This document shows positions 17,661 through 25,115 of a stretch of 47,334 nucleotides of DNA, piece by piece. Each line of letters starts with the position of its first letter. Positions within the stretch are counted from its first letter, which is position 1. Below the pieces are notes generated by a model. That model made no database searches, was not told the DNA's origin, and was given only the letters and a program-made list of their open reading frames with translations. Source of the DNA: an uncultured Candidatus Bathyarchaeia archaeon (lineage in GTDB: Archaea; Thermoproteota; Bathyarchaeia; 40CM-2-53-6; CAYOZM01); assembly GCA_964533795.1 (NCBI GenBank), contig CAZHMI010000001.1, forward strand, positions 2,535 through 49,868, in the 5' to 3' direction. A program made the position numbers and the translations under genes.

Positions 17661-19187
17661 TCAACTGTCCGCTTTGACGCCTCCCATCATCAGCCCTATC
17701 TTCTCTTCCGTTAACTCCTCCGATTTCCTAACGTCTACAAATGTTCCCTCGTAGATGACTGCTACTCTATCGCTCAGCTGCAGGATCTCGTCGAGGTCTG
17801 AGGAGATTAGTAACACAGCCTTTCGTTCTTCCCGCATCTTCAAGAGGATTGTTCTAACGTATTCTGTGGCTGCTACGTCTAGACCTCTTGTAGGTTGCGC
17901 GGCTACTATAAAATCCGGGTTGCGGCCGAGTTCTCTAGCTACAACTATACGTTGCTGATTACCGCCAGAGAGGTATTTAACGCGCACTTTCTCGCTTGGA
18001 GCCACTATCGAAAACTTTCCAATAGCTTCCTGCGCATAGTTGTAAATCGTTCCAAGACTCATATTGAATCTCGTTCCGAAGGGCGCATTCGACTGTGAAC
18101 CTAAGACTAGGTTTTCAGCAAGATCAAAGTCTAGTATGAGACCTCGCTTGTGTCTATCTTCAGGAATGTGACCGACACCTACTTTTGTCAGTTCATTCGG
18201 CGGCGAGTTCGTCACGTCTTTGCCGTTTACCTTAACTTTTCCCTTCTCAACCTTTCTAAGTCCAGTCAAGGATTCGACCAGTTCTGTCTGCCCGTTTCCT
18301 TCGACACCCGCGACTCCGAATATCTCGCCTCTTCTCACAGTGAAATTTATCCCTTTAACCGCGAAGAGCCTTTTGTCACTACGAACCCAGAGATCTTCAA
18401 CCTCAAGTAAAGGCTCGCCTACCGTGACTGGCTTCTTCACAAGTTTGAACTCTACTTCTCGACCTACCATCATGTTAGCCAATATTTGCGGCGTGGACCC
18501 TTCTGAGTTAACAACTCCTGTAACCCTTCCTGCTCTCATAACGGTTATTCTATCGGAGATCGCGAGAGCTTCTTTCAGCTTGTGGGTTACGAAGATTATC
18601 GTCCTTCCTTTATCTCTGAGGCCCTTGAGAATTTGGAAGAAGTCTTCCACCTCTATTGGGCTTAAGACTGAAGTGGGCTCATCAAGTATCAGCGTCATGG
18701 CTCCTCTATAGAGCATCTTCAGTATTTCGACCCTCTGCTGAACCCCGACTGGGAGACCCTCTACTCGGGATTCTGGGTCAACATGAAGTCCGGTCTCTCT
18801 AGATAGCTTCTTGATCGCTTCTACAGCTGATTTGTAGTCGACTACCACTCCTTGCTTGCAAGGCTCAGATCCTAGCACTATGTTTTCCACGACCGTAAAG
18901 TCTGGAACGAGTGCGAAGTGTTGTTGAACCATGCCGACTCCATTCTTGATCGCATCACTTGGATGTCCAAAGTTGACCTCTTTACCTTTGATCAGTATCT
19001 TCCCTGATGTCGGTTTCAGTAGACCGTAGAGTATCTTCATGAGGGTCGTCTTACCAGCGCCGTTCTCCCCGATTAATGCGTGAATCTCGCCCTCACGAAC
19101 ATTGAAGTCAACCCCCTTCAAGGCGACTGTTCCGTCGCGATAAGTCTTTTGAATATTCTGCATGTCAGCTGCGAGGCTACTGCTCAT
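17661..19187 (-). CDS. ABC transporter ATP-binding protein with two fused ABC domains
   Basis: Walker A GENGAGKTT, signature-like LPVGVQQRVEI and LSGGNQQRIVVA, Walker B LILDEPT. Confidence 0.9.
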   Translation of the reverse strand: MSSSLAADMQNIQKTYRDGTVALKGVDFNVREGEIHALIGENGAGKTTLMKILYGLLKPTSGKILIKGKEVNFGHPSDAIKNGVGMVQQHFALVPDFTVVENIVLGSEPCKQGVVVDYKSAVEAIKKLSRETGLHVDPESRVEGLPVGVQQRVEILKMLYRGAMTLILDEPTSVLSPIEVEDFFQILKGLRDKGRTIIFVTHKLKEALAISDRITVMRAGRVTGVVNSEGSTPQILANMMVGREVEFKLVKKPVTVGEPLLEVEDLWVRSDKRLFAVKGINFTVRRGEIFGVAGVEGNGQTELVESLTGLRKVEKGKVKVNGKDVTNSPPNELTKVGVGHIPEDRHKRGLILDFDLAENLVLGSQSNAPFGTRFNMSLGTIYNYAQEAIGKFSIVAPSEKVRVKYLSGGNQQRIVVARELGRNPDFIVAAQPTRGLDVAATEYVRTILLKMREERKAVLLISSDLDEILQLSDRVAVIYEGTFVDVRKSEELTEEKIGLMMGGVKADS

Positions 19188-19277
19188 AAGCTATCCCCGG
19201 ATTCGAGATAGGGGAGATTATGCGGGATCCGGATAAAAAATGGGGGGTTAGGATGTTCTCTCAGCCGGATTCTTGTA

Positions 19278-20471
19278 CTAACCGTATCTTTGTCTTAATG
19301 CTGCTAGTTCCTCCGCTGATCCTGGAACTGGTACGTTAACTTCGCCGTCCATTATCTTATTCTTTAGTTCGTCGACCTTCTGCCAAACATCACTCGGCAC
19401 GCTATCTCGCATCGCTTTGATCGCATCGCGAACCTCTTCCGCTTTCATTCCAGTGTCTTTCTCGATTCCTTCTTTCGCCGTAGGGTCGTTCAGCAGATCA
19501 TCTAGTGCTGCTAGATCACTGACTCCAATACCGCCTTCCTTTATGCCTAGACTTAGAAGCCCGCCCGTAAACGGTCCCTTGACCGCCATCTCAACCGCTT
19601 TGTAGACACCTACATCCACGCGCTTCATCATGCTCGCTATAATATTGCCTGGATACATCCAGTCTTGGTTTGCATCTACGCCTATGGCGTAGAGCTTCTC
19701 ACCCGTTTCTTTCGCTCTTTCAGATACAGCTTTAAGGGCTCCAAGCCCTGTAGCGCCTGCTGCTGCAAATATTATATCTGCTTTCTGATCAAGCATTGAG
19801 ATCGCAGATTCTCTTCCGAGCGAGGGATCGTCGAATTTGCCTGTGTAATGCCAAAGAACTTTGATCGTCTTGCCGGTTGCGTTTCCGATGTATTGAGCTC
19901 CGTACTTGTAGCCTATCTCAAACTTCCATAGGACTGGGATCTCCATGCCGAGTACGTTGCCTATCGTTCCTGTCTCGGATACTAGCGCGGCTAATGCTCC
20001 GACAAGTGCGCAACCTTCGTTTTCTCTATAGACAACTGCTAAGACATTCGGTTTATCTGGGAGGAAGACGTCTATAGCTCCGAATTTCTGATCCGGAAAT
20101 TCATCGGAAACCTTCGCGAGCGCATCTGTCCACAGGAATCCGATGCATAGGATTATCTTGTACTCTCCAGTCTTCGATAACCTCCTTAGAACATCTTCCA
20201 TCTCTGGAATCGCTCTAGGCGTTATCTCGTCGACCGTAACGCCGAAATCCTTACCAGCTTTCGAGGCGCCCAAATAAGCCATGTCGTTAAACGATTTGTC
20301 TCCTCTTCCTCCGACGTCGTATGCTAACGCGATCTTCGTTGGCGCAGGTGGAACCGCCACGTATGAATAGTACGCGTATGCGCCTGCTCCAATCACTGCT
20401 ATGATGACGATGACTATTATGGCCCAAGCTTTCATTGTTACAGCTTTTCTACTTTTCAACACCGTAAACAC
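19278..20471 (-). CDS. BMP-family (PnrA-like) ABC substrate-binding protein, membrane anchored
   Basis: N-terminal hydrophobic anchor AWAIIVIVIIAVIGAGAYAYY, then YDVGGRGDKSFNDMAY..., typical of basic membrane protein family nucleoside-binding proteins. Confidence 0.8.
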   Translation of the reverse strand: MFTVLKSRKAVTMKAWAIIVIVIIAVIGAGAYAYYSYVAVPPAPTKIALAYDVGGRGDKSFNDMAYLGASKAGKDFGVTVDEITPRAIPEMEDVLRRLSKTGEYKIILCIGFLWTDALAKVSDEFPDQKFGAIDVFLPDKPNVLAVVYRENEGCALVGALAALVSETGTIGNVLGMEIPVLWKFEIGYKYGAQYIGNATGKTIKVLWHYTGKFDDPSLGRESAISMLDQKADIIFAAAGATGLGALKAVSERAKETGEKLYAIGVDANQDWMYPGNIIASMMKRVDVGVYKAVEMAVKGPFTGGLLSLGIKEGGIGVSDLAALDDLLNDPTAKEGIEKDTGMKAEEVRDAIKAMRDSVPSDVWQKVDELKNKIMDGEVNVPVPGSAEELAALRQRYG

Positions 20472-20615
20472 CGAAGCTAAATCGTTGCTATGGGTTTAAG
20501 AGCTTTTGCATGCTGATTTCTGAGAATTCATGAATTACCGTAGCGTTGAAACTATCTTGAAGGGTTCAATGAGCGTATGTGTTAATAAAGTGCGTCTCAT
20601 TCTGTTTGCACATTG

Positions 20616-20623
20616 TTTTTAAA
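20616..20623 (+). promoter_or_regulatory. TATA-box candidate (TTTTTAAA) for the tRNA gene
   Basis: Lies about 31-38 nt upstream of tRNA position 1, an appropriate distance for an archaeal promoter. Confidence 0.4.
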
Positions 20624-20653
20624 TCGGTCGAGGAAGTGAAGTATGGTCGAGCT

Positions 20654-20744
20654 GGGGCGGTGGTCCAGCTTGGTCAAAGATTCCGGTCTCGGGACCCGTG
20701 GGCGAGTGAGCCGGAGATCGCGGGTTCAAATCCCGCCCGCCCCA
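20654..20744 (+). tRNA. tRNA-Pro (anticodon CGG) with about 15-nt intron at the canonical 37/38 position; CCA not encoded
   Basis: Hand fold: acceptor GGGGCGG/CCGCCCC plus A73; T arm GCGGG-TTCAAAT-CCCGC; anticodon stem CCGGT/GCCGG; loop CTCGGGA interrupted by ACCCGTGGGCGAGTG; D arm weak (3 bp). Confidence 0.75.
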
Positions 20745-20784
20745 CTAGAACAAACCCTATATCCTAACGAATATTTTGTAAGGG

Positions 20785-21000
20785 TCATTTTCTTTTCCTA
20801 AAGATTTTGTTGCGATCATAGTCGCAGACATGTTCAAAGCCCGCTTCTATGAGTTGGCACACTTCTTGCTCTGAGTGAGCGACTTTTGCGGTGTAGTCGT
20901 CGTCTTTGAAGTTTACGAGTTGGGTGTAGATGAGGGTGTTTTGGATGCTTCTGTGGCCAAGTGTTTGCATGATATGGAGAATGACTTTGGCTTCATTCCG
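20785..21000 (-). pseudogene. tyrosine recombinase/integrase, C-terminal stub only
   Basis: ...ILHIMQTLGHRSIQNTLIYTQLV... is the box II LGH...Y catalytic-Tyr region. An in-frame TAG about 10 codons upstream of the Met ends the frame and no N-terminal part follows. Lies 41 nt from the tRNA 3' end. Confidence 0.7.
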
Positions 21001-21087
21001 ACCCTACTACTAGACTGACATCCTTAAGTAACAGTTTCTCAAGTCTTATTTAGTAGACCCCACCCTACTTACTATGGGTACCCCTAC

Positions 21088-22182
21088 TTGTATTTCGACC
21101 CAAGACCAAAAACCAACAAAGAAGATCTATTCAACAGAGAAAAAGAACTCAAACAATTTCAAGACGTTCTATCCTACGCCTCAATTATCGTTGTCACAGG
21201 GCTAAGGAGAACAGGTAAAACATCCTTTGTTGACGTAGCCTTATCTGAAACCAACCGTCCCAATGTTCTCTTAGACATGCGCGACCTCCCGATCGTTCCC
21301 TCACGCACTGAAATAGTCCGCAAAATAGAAGTAGCCTTCAATAAACTAAGCCGAAAATGGATATCAGCCCTCTCAGACACGCTAAAACACGTCAAAGGCG
21401 TCAGCATTGTCAGCGGCTCCATAGTCTTCGAGTGGGGAGAAAAAGGCCTTGACTTAGCCGAACTATTCGACAAGATAGATACATGGGCCAAAAGCCACAG
21501 ACAACGTTTCCTACTCGCATTCGACGAAATCCAACTAATCCGAGGAGACAAAAGCATCCCGAGGCTTTTCGCGAGAATAGCAGACAAAAACCGAAACATA
21601 ATCATAATCCTAACTGGATCAGAAATAGGGCTACTATACGACTTCCTCGGATTTGACAACCCAGAATCTCCACTCTACGGCAGGCATTACATGGAAATCA
21701 AAATGCATAACTTCAATCCACAAGAAGCCAGAGCCTTTCTCAAAGAAGGATTTGAACAGATCAACACAACATGCCCAAACGAAATCGTAGACTACGCCAT
21801 CGAAAAACTTGACGGGGTCGTAGGATGGCTCACGCTTTTCGGCGCAAGATGTCGCAACAGAGGAAAATGCAGCAAAGAAATAGTTGATGATGTAGTGGAC
21901 GAAGGCGGAAGACTTGCACGAAAAGAAGCCTTGGAAATAGTGAAATTCTCTCCACGCTACGGAGTCATCTTGAACTTTCTATCAACGGTCAAGAAAGCGA
22001 GCTGGGCAAATTTGAAGGCAGCAGTAGAAGTGCGCGAAAAACGCTCACTGCCAAGCTCCACGTTCACAGACCTACTTAACAAACTTGTCAAAACAAGCCT
22101 TGTTGAAAAAGAAGACAGCGAATATCACATAGCGGACCCACTTTTAGCTCATGGAATAGTGAGAGAACCGTTCAAACAGTAA
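21088..22182 (+). CDS. archaeal ATPase (Arch_ATPase/PF01637-like AAA+ NTPase) with C-terminal wHTH (DUF234-like)
   Basis: FNREKELKQF, Walker A GLRRTGKTS, Walker B LLAFDEIQ. C-terminal winged-helix-like tail. The coding strand is strongly A-rich and T-poor. Confidence 0.75.
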   Translation: MYFDPRPKTNKEDLFNREKELKQFQDVLSYASIIVVTGLRRTGKTSFVDVALSETNRPNVLLDMRDLPIVPSRTEIVRKIEVAFNKLSRKWISALSDTLKHVKGVSIVSGSIVFEWGEKGLDLAELFDKIDTWAKSHRQRFLLAFDEIQLIRGDKSIPRLFARIADKNRNIIIILTGSEIGLLYDFLGFDNPESPLYGRHYMEIKMHNFNPQEARAFLKEGFEQINTTCPNEIVDYAIEKLDGVVGWLTLFGARCRNRGKCSKEIVDDVVDEGGRLARKEALEIVKFSPRYGVILNFLSTVKKASWANLKAAVEVREKRSLPSSTFTDLLNKLVKTSLVEKEDSEYHIADPLLAHGIVREPFKQ

Positions 22183-22311
22183 TCTGCCAATAGTATACCC
22201 ACCGCTACTTGGTAGAGCCACTCCTACCAAACACAATCAAGGACAAACTTGCTCTCAGATTTCCTACTTAAGGAGGTTAAGTACTAAACCGGGTTAAGCT
22301 CCTCCATATGC

Positions 22312-22563
22312 TTGGCGAGTACCATGACGATTGCCAAAGTCGGAAGACGCGGAAGCTTAGTCATTCCTTCGAGAGAGAGAAGAAAGGCCAAGATCGAAGA
22401 GGGAGATCGGGTCGAGATTGTCGCAAGAGGATCTGGCCTGCTTGTTTTAAAGAGAGTGCCGGCGCTGAAGGAAATCCAGAAGAAGATGGCCGGTCGTCTC
22501 CCACAATGGAGAGATCTCGAGGGAAAGGCTGACGAACTGGCTGAAAAAGAAGTCAAGGGCTAG
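22312..22563 (+). CDS. AbrB/SpoVT-fold DNA-binding protein (VapB/MazE-type antitoxin-like), no partner toxin
   Basis: TIAKVGRRGSLVIPSRERRKAKIEEGDRVEIVARGSGLLVLK is a SpoVT/AbrB swapped-hairpin motif. Confidence 0.65.
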   Translation: MASTMTIAKVGRRGSLVIPSRERRKAKIEEGDRVEIVARGSGLLVLKRVPALKEIQKKMAGRLPQWRDLEGKADELAEKEVKG

Positions 22564-22626
22564 CTAGAGCCCCGCATGCAACGTACCGGCAATATCAAAG
22601 AATCTCAGAACTCTATGGCGTATACC

Positions 22627-22660
22627 TTCGTGAGTTCAAATCCCATCCGCCCCACTACAA
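22627..22660 (+). repeat. direct repeat of the tRNA-Pro 3' end (att scar)
   Basis: 22628-22660 matches 20718-20750 at 28 of 33 positions (hand count). The core GTTCAAATCCC..CCGCCCCACTA matches at 22 of 24. No 5' half of a tRNA lies upstream. Confidence 0.7.
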
Positions 22661-22806
22661 CCTTCGAAGACGAAGATGCTCCGTCTTACGGGTAGCGATG
22701 TGGAAAAAGTATCTTTGGGAAAGCAAGGCGGATTCGCGTTTTTCATGTAGTATGATCATCTCAAGATATCACTACTTCAAGATTGGGCTTCATAAGAGTT
22801 GCCAAG

Positions 22807-22980
22807 TTAGAAGCTGTGTTCAAAGGTGAAATCCGCTCCAGAGCCGATGTACATGAAGCATGGTAACCATTCGCCTTCGCGACCTTCAAGATGAGCTTTT
22901 GCTACAGGCCTTCTTATCGATCCGAATATCTTCGACTTTTCCGATTTGTACTTGAAGGTTATAGAATAAGGACTTCTTCC
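22807..22980 (-). pseudogene. retropepsin-like (clan AA aspartic protease) remnant, start-less and prematurely terminated
   Basis: Frame reads ITFKYKSEKSKIFGSIRRPVAKAHLEGREGEWLPCFMYIGSGADFTFEHSF*. It resembles the RP.v.v.l...alvD(S/T)GAd N-terminus but has G in place of the catalytic D and no start codon. Confidence 0.3.
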
Positions 22981-23156
22981 TTAGGAAACTTCCATAGTAC
23001 AACTTCCGCAGTCGGTTGTTTCTCTTTCGCTCTTGAGTATACTGCTTTCGGGTCCTCTCCGTATTCCACAACTTTACCTTCAGCTACCGCAATGTGAAGG
23101 CCTTTATAGTTGTCAAGATCAGCTTTGAGGCACCACTCGTAATTCGCGTCTTCCAA
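22959..23156 (-). CDS. DUF5678-like small protein
   Basis: 65 aa. NYKGLHIAVAEGKVVEYGEDPKAVYSRAKEK resembles the y.GkwVAi.dgkvv..g.d...v motif. Confidence 0.5.
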   Translation of the reverse strand: MEDANYEWCLKADLDNYKGLHIAVAEGKVVEYGEDPKAVYSRAKEKQPTAEVVLWKFPKEEVLIL

Positions 23157-23307
23157 TTCAAATTCACTATTATGAAAAGTAGTTCGCCGTCTTATAAATC
23201 GGAGCTAATGTTTAGCCTTCTCGCTGCCGACTCTTTTCGCTTTCAATTTTGAACCGTCGCTCTTAAGTGCTGGAAGTGTGAACAAGCAGCATGGGTGAAG
23301 GAGCAGT

Positions 23308-23699
23308 ATGTTCACTCATGCCAGTATTCGGACTAGCGATATGGATAGGTCGATTGACTTCTACACTAGGATAATGGGACTGAAACTTCTGAGTCGAGAA
23401 GAGATTCCGCAGAACAATGCTGAGATTGCTTTCCTCCAAGATCCGGAGGGGAGGGGGCTGAGCTTGAGCTGACGTTCTATAGGAATCAGAAGAAGTTTAT
23501 TCAGGCTGATTATGAGGATCGGTTGTTCGATCATCTCGCGTTTGAAGTCGAGGATATGGAAGAGATAATTTCCGTGATGCGGATGAAGAAGTTCACGATT
23601 ACAGACGAGCCTTTTAGACTTAACCAGACTGGATCATTGATAGCGTTCGTTGAGGATCCGGACGGGACCTTGGTCGAATTGATCGAGAGAAAGCAGTAG
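23308..23699 (+). pseudogene. glyoxalase I/VOC-family protein, frameshifted in a G-rich run
   Basis: Frame 1: MFTHASIRTSDMDRSIDFYTRIMGLKLLSREEIPQNNAEIAFLQDPEGRGLSLS*. A shifted frame continues ELTFYRNQ...FDHLAFEVEDMEE...IAFVEDPDGTLVELIERKQ*. The span is 392 nt, not a multiple of 3. Confidence 0.7.
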
Positions 23700-23752
23700 C
23701 GAAATCTATTGGTTGAATCAAGCCTCTCAAAGGGGGCAGGGGTAGGGGGCCT

Positions 23753-23782
23753 CTTTCAATTCTACCATAGAGCGATTGAAAC
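23753..23782 (-). repeat. solitary CRISPR-repeat-like 30-mer (minus strand GTTTCAATCGCTCTATGGTAGAATTGAAAG)
   Basis: GTTTCAAT start and ATTGAAAG end, the canonical archaeal Cas6 8-nt tag sequence. Terminal 7-bp complementarity and an inner TCTA/TAGA hairpin. No regular array around it. Confidence 0.5.
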
Positions 23783-24513
23783 CTGAAGCAGGGTATATAT
23801 CTCTCTAGCGGGGTCTCACGGATGACGCTCCTCTTCCAGTTTCCTTCGATGAAACCGGGGACCCAGCATCCCCTTTAGCCGTCAAAAGAGAGAGCCCTCG
23901 ACATCGACGAGCACGTGTCGATCAGTAAGTTTCTAGTGAGAGAGGTAGCCGGATTCTTTCAGGAAGAGCGAGTCTACAGCGCATCAAGGACCAGCAGGGG
24001 AACTGGGGAACGTGGTGCAGAAAGCATGAGAGTTAAACAGAGCCCCGGTGTGGAAGCCCTTGTGACGCTTAAGCATCCGCCCAGCGCTAGACATCGGAAA
24101 CTTGGAATAGGCGAGTATATGATCGCAAGTCATGACCCAGTAAGCCACTACTGCCTAGAACCTTGCATACACTTCAAGAAAGTGAAAGAGCACGAAACCA
24201 TAAAATCACATTCTTCGAAGTCACGTATCGGAAACACGAAACACGGCACATTTCGACAACACTAAGACAACACTTTCTGAAGTAGCTTACGCTTGAGAAA
24301 GCTTTTCAACGCCTCAACCTGAACGACTGCGAGAAAGAAGTAGTAGAAGCCCTACTAGCCCACTACAACCGCACTGGATCTCCATTCAGATACATCAAAT
24401 TCATCGAGGACTTGCTTCCAATGTTTGATGCAGAATGACGTGAATGATCGAGGATCGTTCACGGTTCGAAGATGCTCGCAGTCTTCACACCATCACGCAA
24501 AGGAAAGCAACTC

Positions 24514-24768
24514 CTATGGGGACCTTCCATCCGGTTTGCTGCTTGTCAGCCATCTGTCGAGTTTCTCAGGGTTCGATATGTAATTCGGATCTGGTACGAT
24601 TGAATGGACCAGCCTTTCAGCTCGCTCTATGCATCTGCAGCATTCATTCGTCAAGAATCTTCTCTTAGCTGGACCGTAGACGCATGCCTCGCAATCCTTG
24701 CCCAGCCTTCTCAGAAGATCGTCTAGAGCGTAAACTCTGACTTCACCGAAGCCGAGCATAACCTTCAA
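24514..24768 (-). CDS. hypothetical Cys-rich protein (84 aa), divergent from the AbrB-MTase operon
   Basis: ORF with CEAC...CCRC cysteines. No family recognised. Confidence 0.35.
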   Translation of the reverse strand: MKVMLGFGEVRVYALDDLLRRLGKDCEACVYGPAKRRFLTNECCRCIERAERLVHSIVPDPNYISNPEKLDRWLTSSKPDGRSP

Positions 24769-24857
24769 CCGTACAGCGGATAACTTGAATGAGACTGATC
24801 GCTGAAAGTGCTGGATACGCGAAGAACCTCATTGAGTCTATGCGATTTCCAAAAGGC

Positions 24858-24896
24858 TTTTAAGGCAACTGTGGCAGAATGTGGCTAATTGTGGCA
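24858..24896 (+). promoter_or_regulatory. TATA-like TTTTAA followed by three 10-bp-phased TGTGGCW boxes
   Basis: TTTTAA at 24858-24863. TGTGGCA at 24870-24876, TGTGGCT at 24880-24886, TGTGGCA at 24890-24896. ATG of the AbrB-like gene at 24901. Confidence 0.6.
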
Positions 24897-24900
24897 TCAA

Positions 24901-25089
24901 ATGTCTATCATATACAGTATACCGGTCCGCATCGTTCCCAATAATGGCACATTGCGATGCACTATCCCAAAGGAAATCGTGCTGAACCTAGGATTGCAAA
25001 AGGGAGACGAGCTCATCTGGATTCTTCATGATGATGGAAAGCTTGAGGTTAGAGTTCCAAGAGAAGCCAAGGCGAAGAAATTAGAATAA
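24901..25089 (+). CDS. AbrB/SpoVT-fold small DNA-binding protein upstream of the methyltransferase (candidate R-M controller)
   Basis: MSIIYSIPVRIVPNNGTLRCTIPKEIVLNLGLQKGDELIWILHDDGKLEVRV is a SpoVT/AbrB motif. The ORF track extends to TTG 24889. There are 26 nt to the MTase start. Confidence 0.65.
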   Translation: MSIIYSIPVRIVPNNGTLRCTIPKEIVLNLGLQKGDELIWILHDDGKLEVRVPREAKAKKLE

Positions 25090-25115
25090 CGCGTATGAAA
25101 GGATAGCGAAACACT

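Noticed and set aside
22570-22657. A possible second tRNA gene ending at the att scar
   Set aside because: Only the T-loop and 3' acceptor part is present. The T stem does not pair (GTGAG vs CCCAT), and no GGGGCGG 5' acceptor lies about 70 nt upstream.
23731-23750. G-quadruplex at GGGGGCAGGGGTAGGGGG
   Set aside because: Only three G-tracts are present and no fourth tract lies nearby.
23915-24265. 116-aa ORF in the gap between the glyoxalase pseudogene and the R-M cassette
   Set aside because: Its composition is biased towards S/R/G/H residues, it has no RBS or TATA, and it sits in a region full of gene fragments. One such fragment is a start-less wHTH-like LEKAFQRLNLNDCEKEVVEALLAHYNRTGSPFRYIKFIEDLLPMFDAE* at about 24285-24437. 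It is likely a chance ORF.
23783-24500. The long non-coding stretch as a structured RNA gene (RNase P RNA or SRP RNA)
   Set aside because: No GAGGAAAGUCC-type CR-I, ACAGAA..GGCUUA CR-IV or SRP helix-8 signatures were found by eye.
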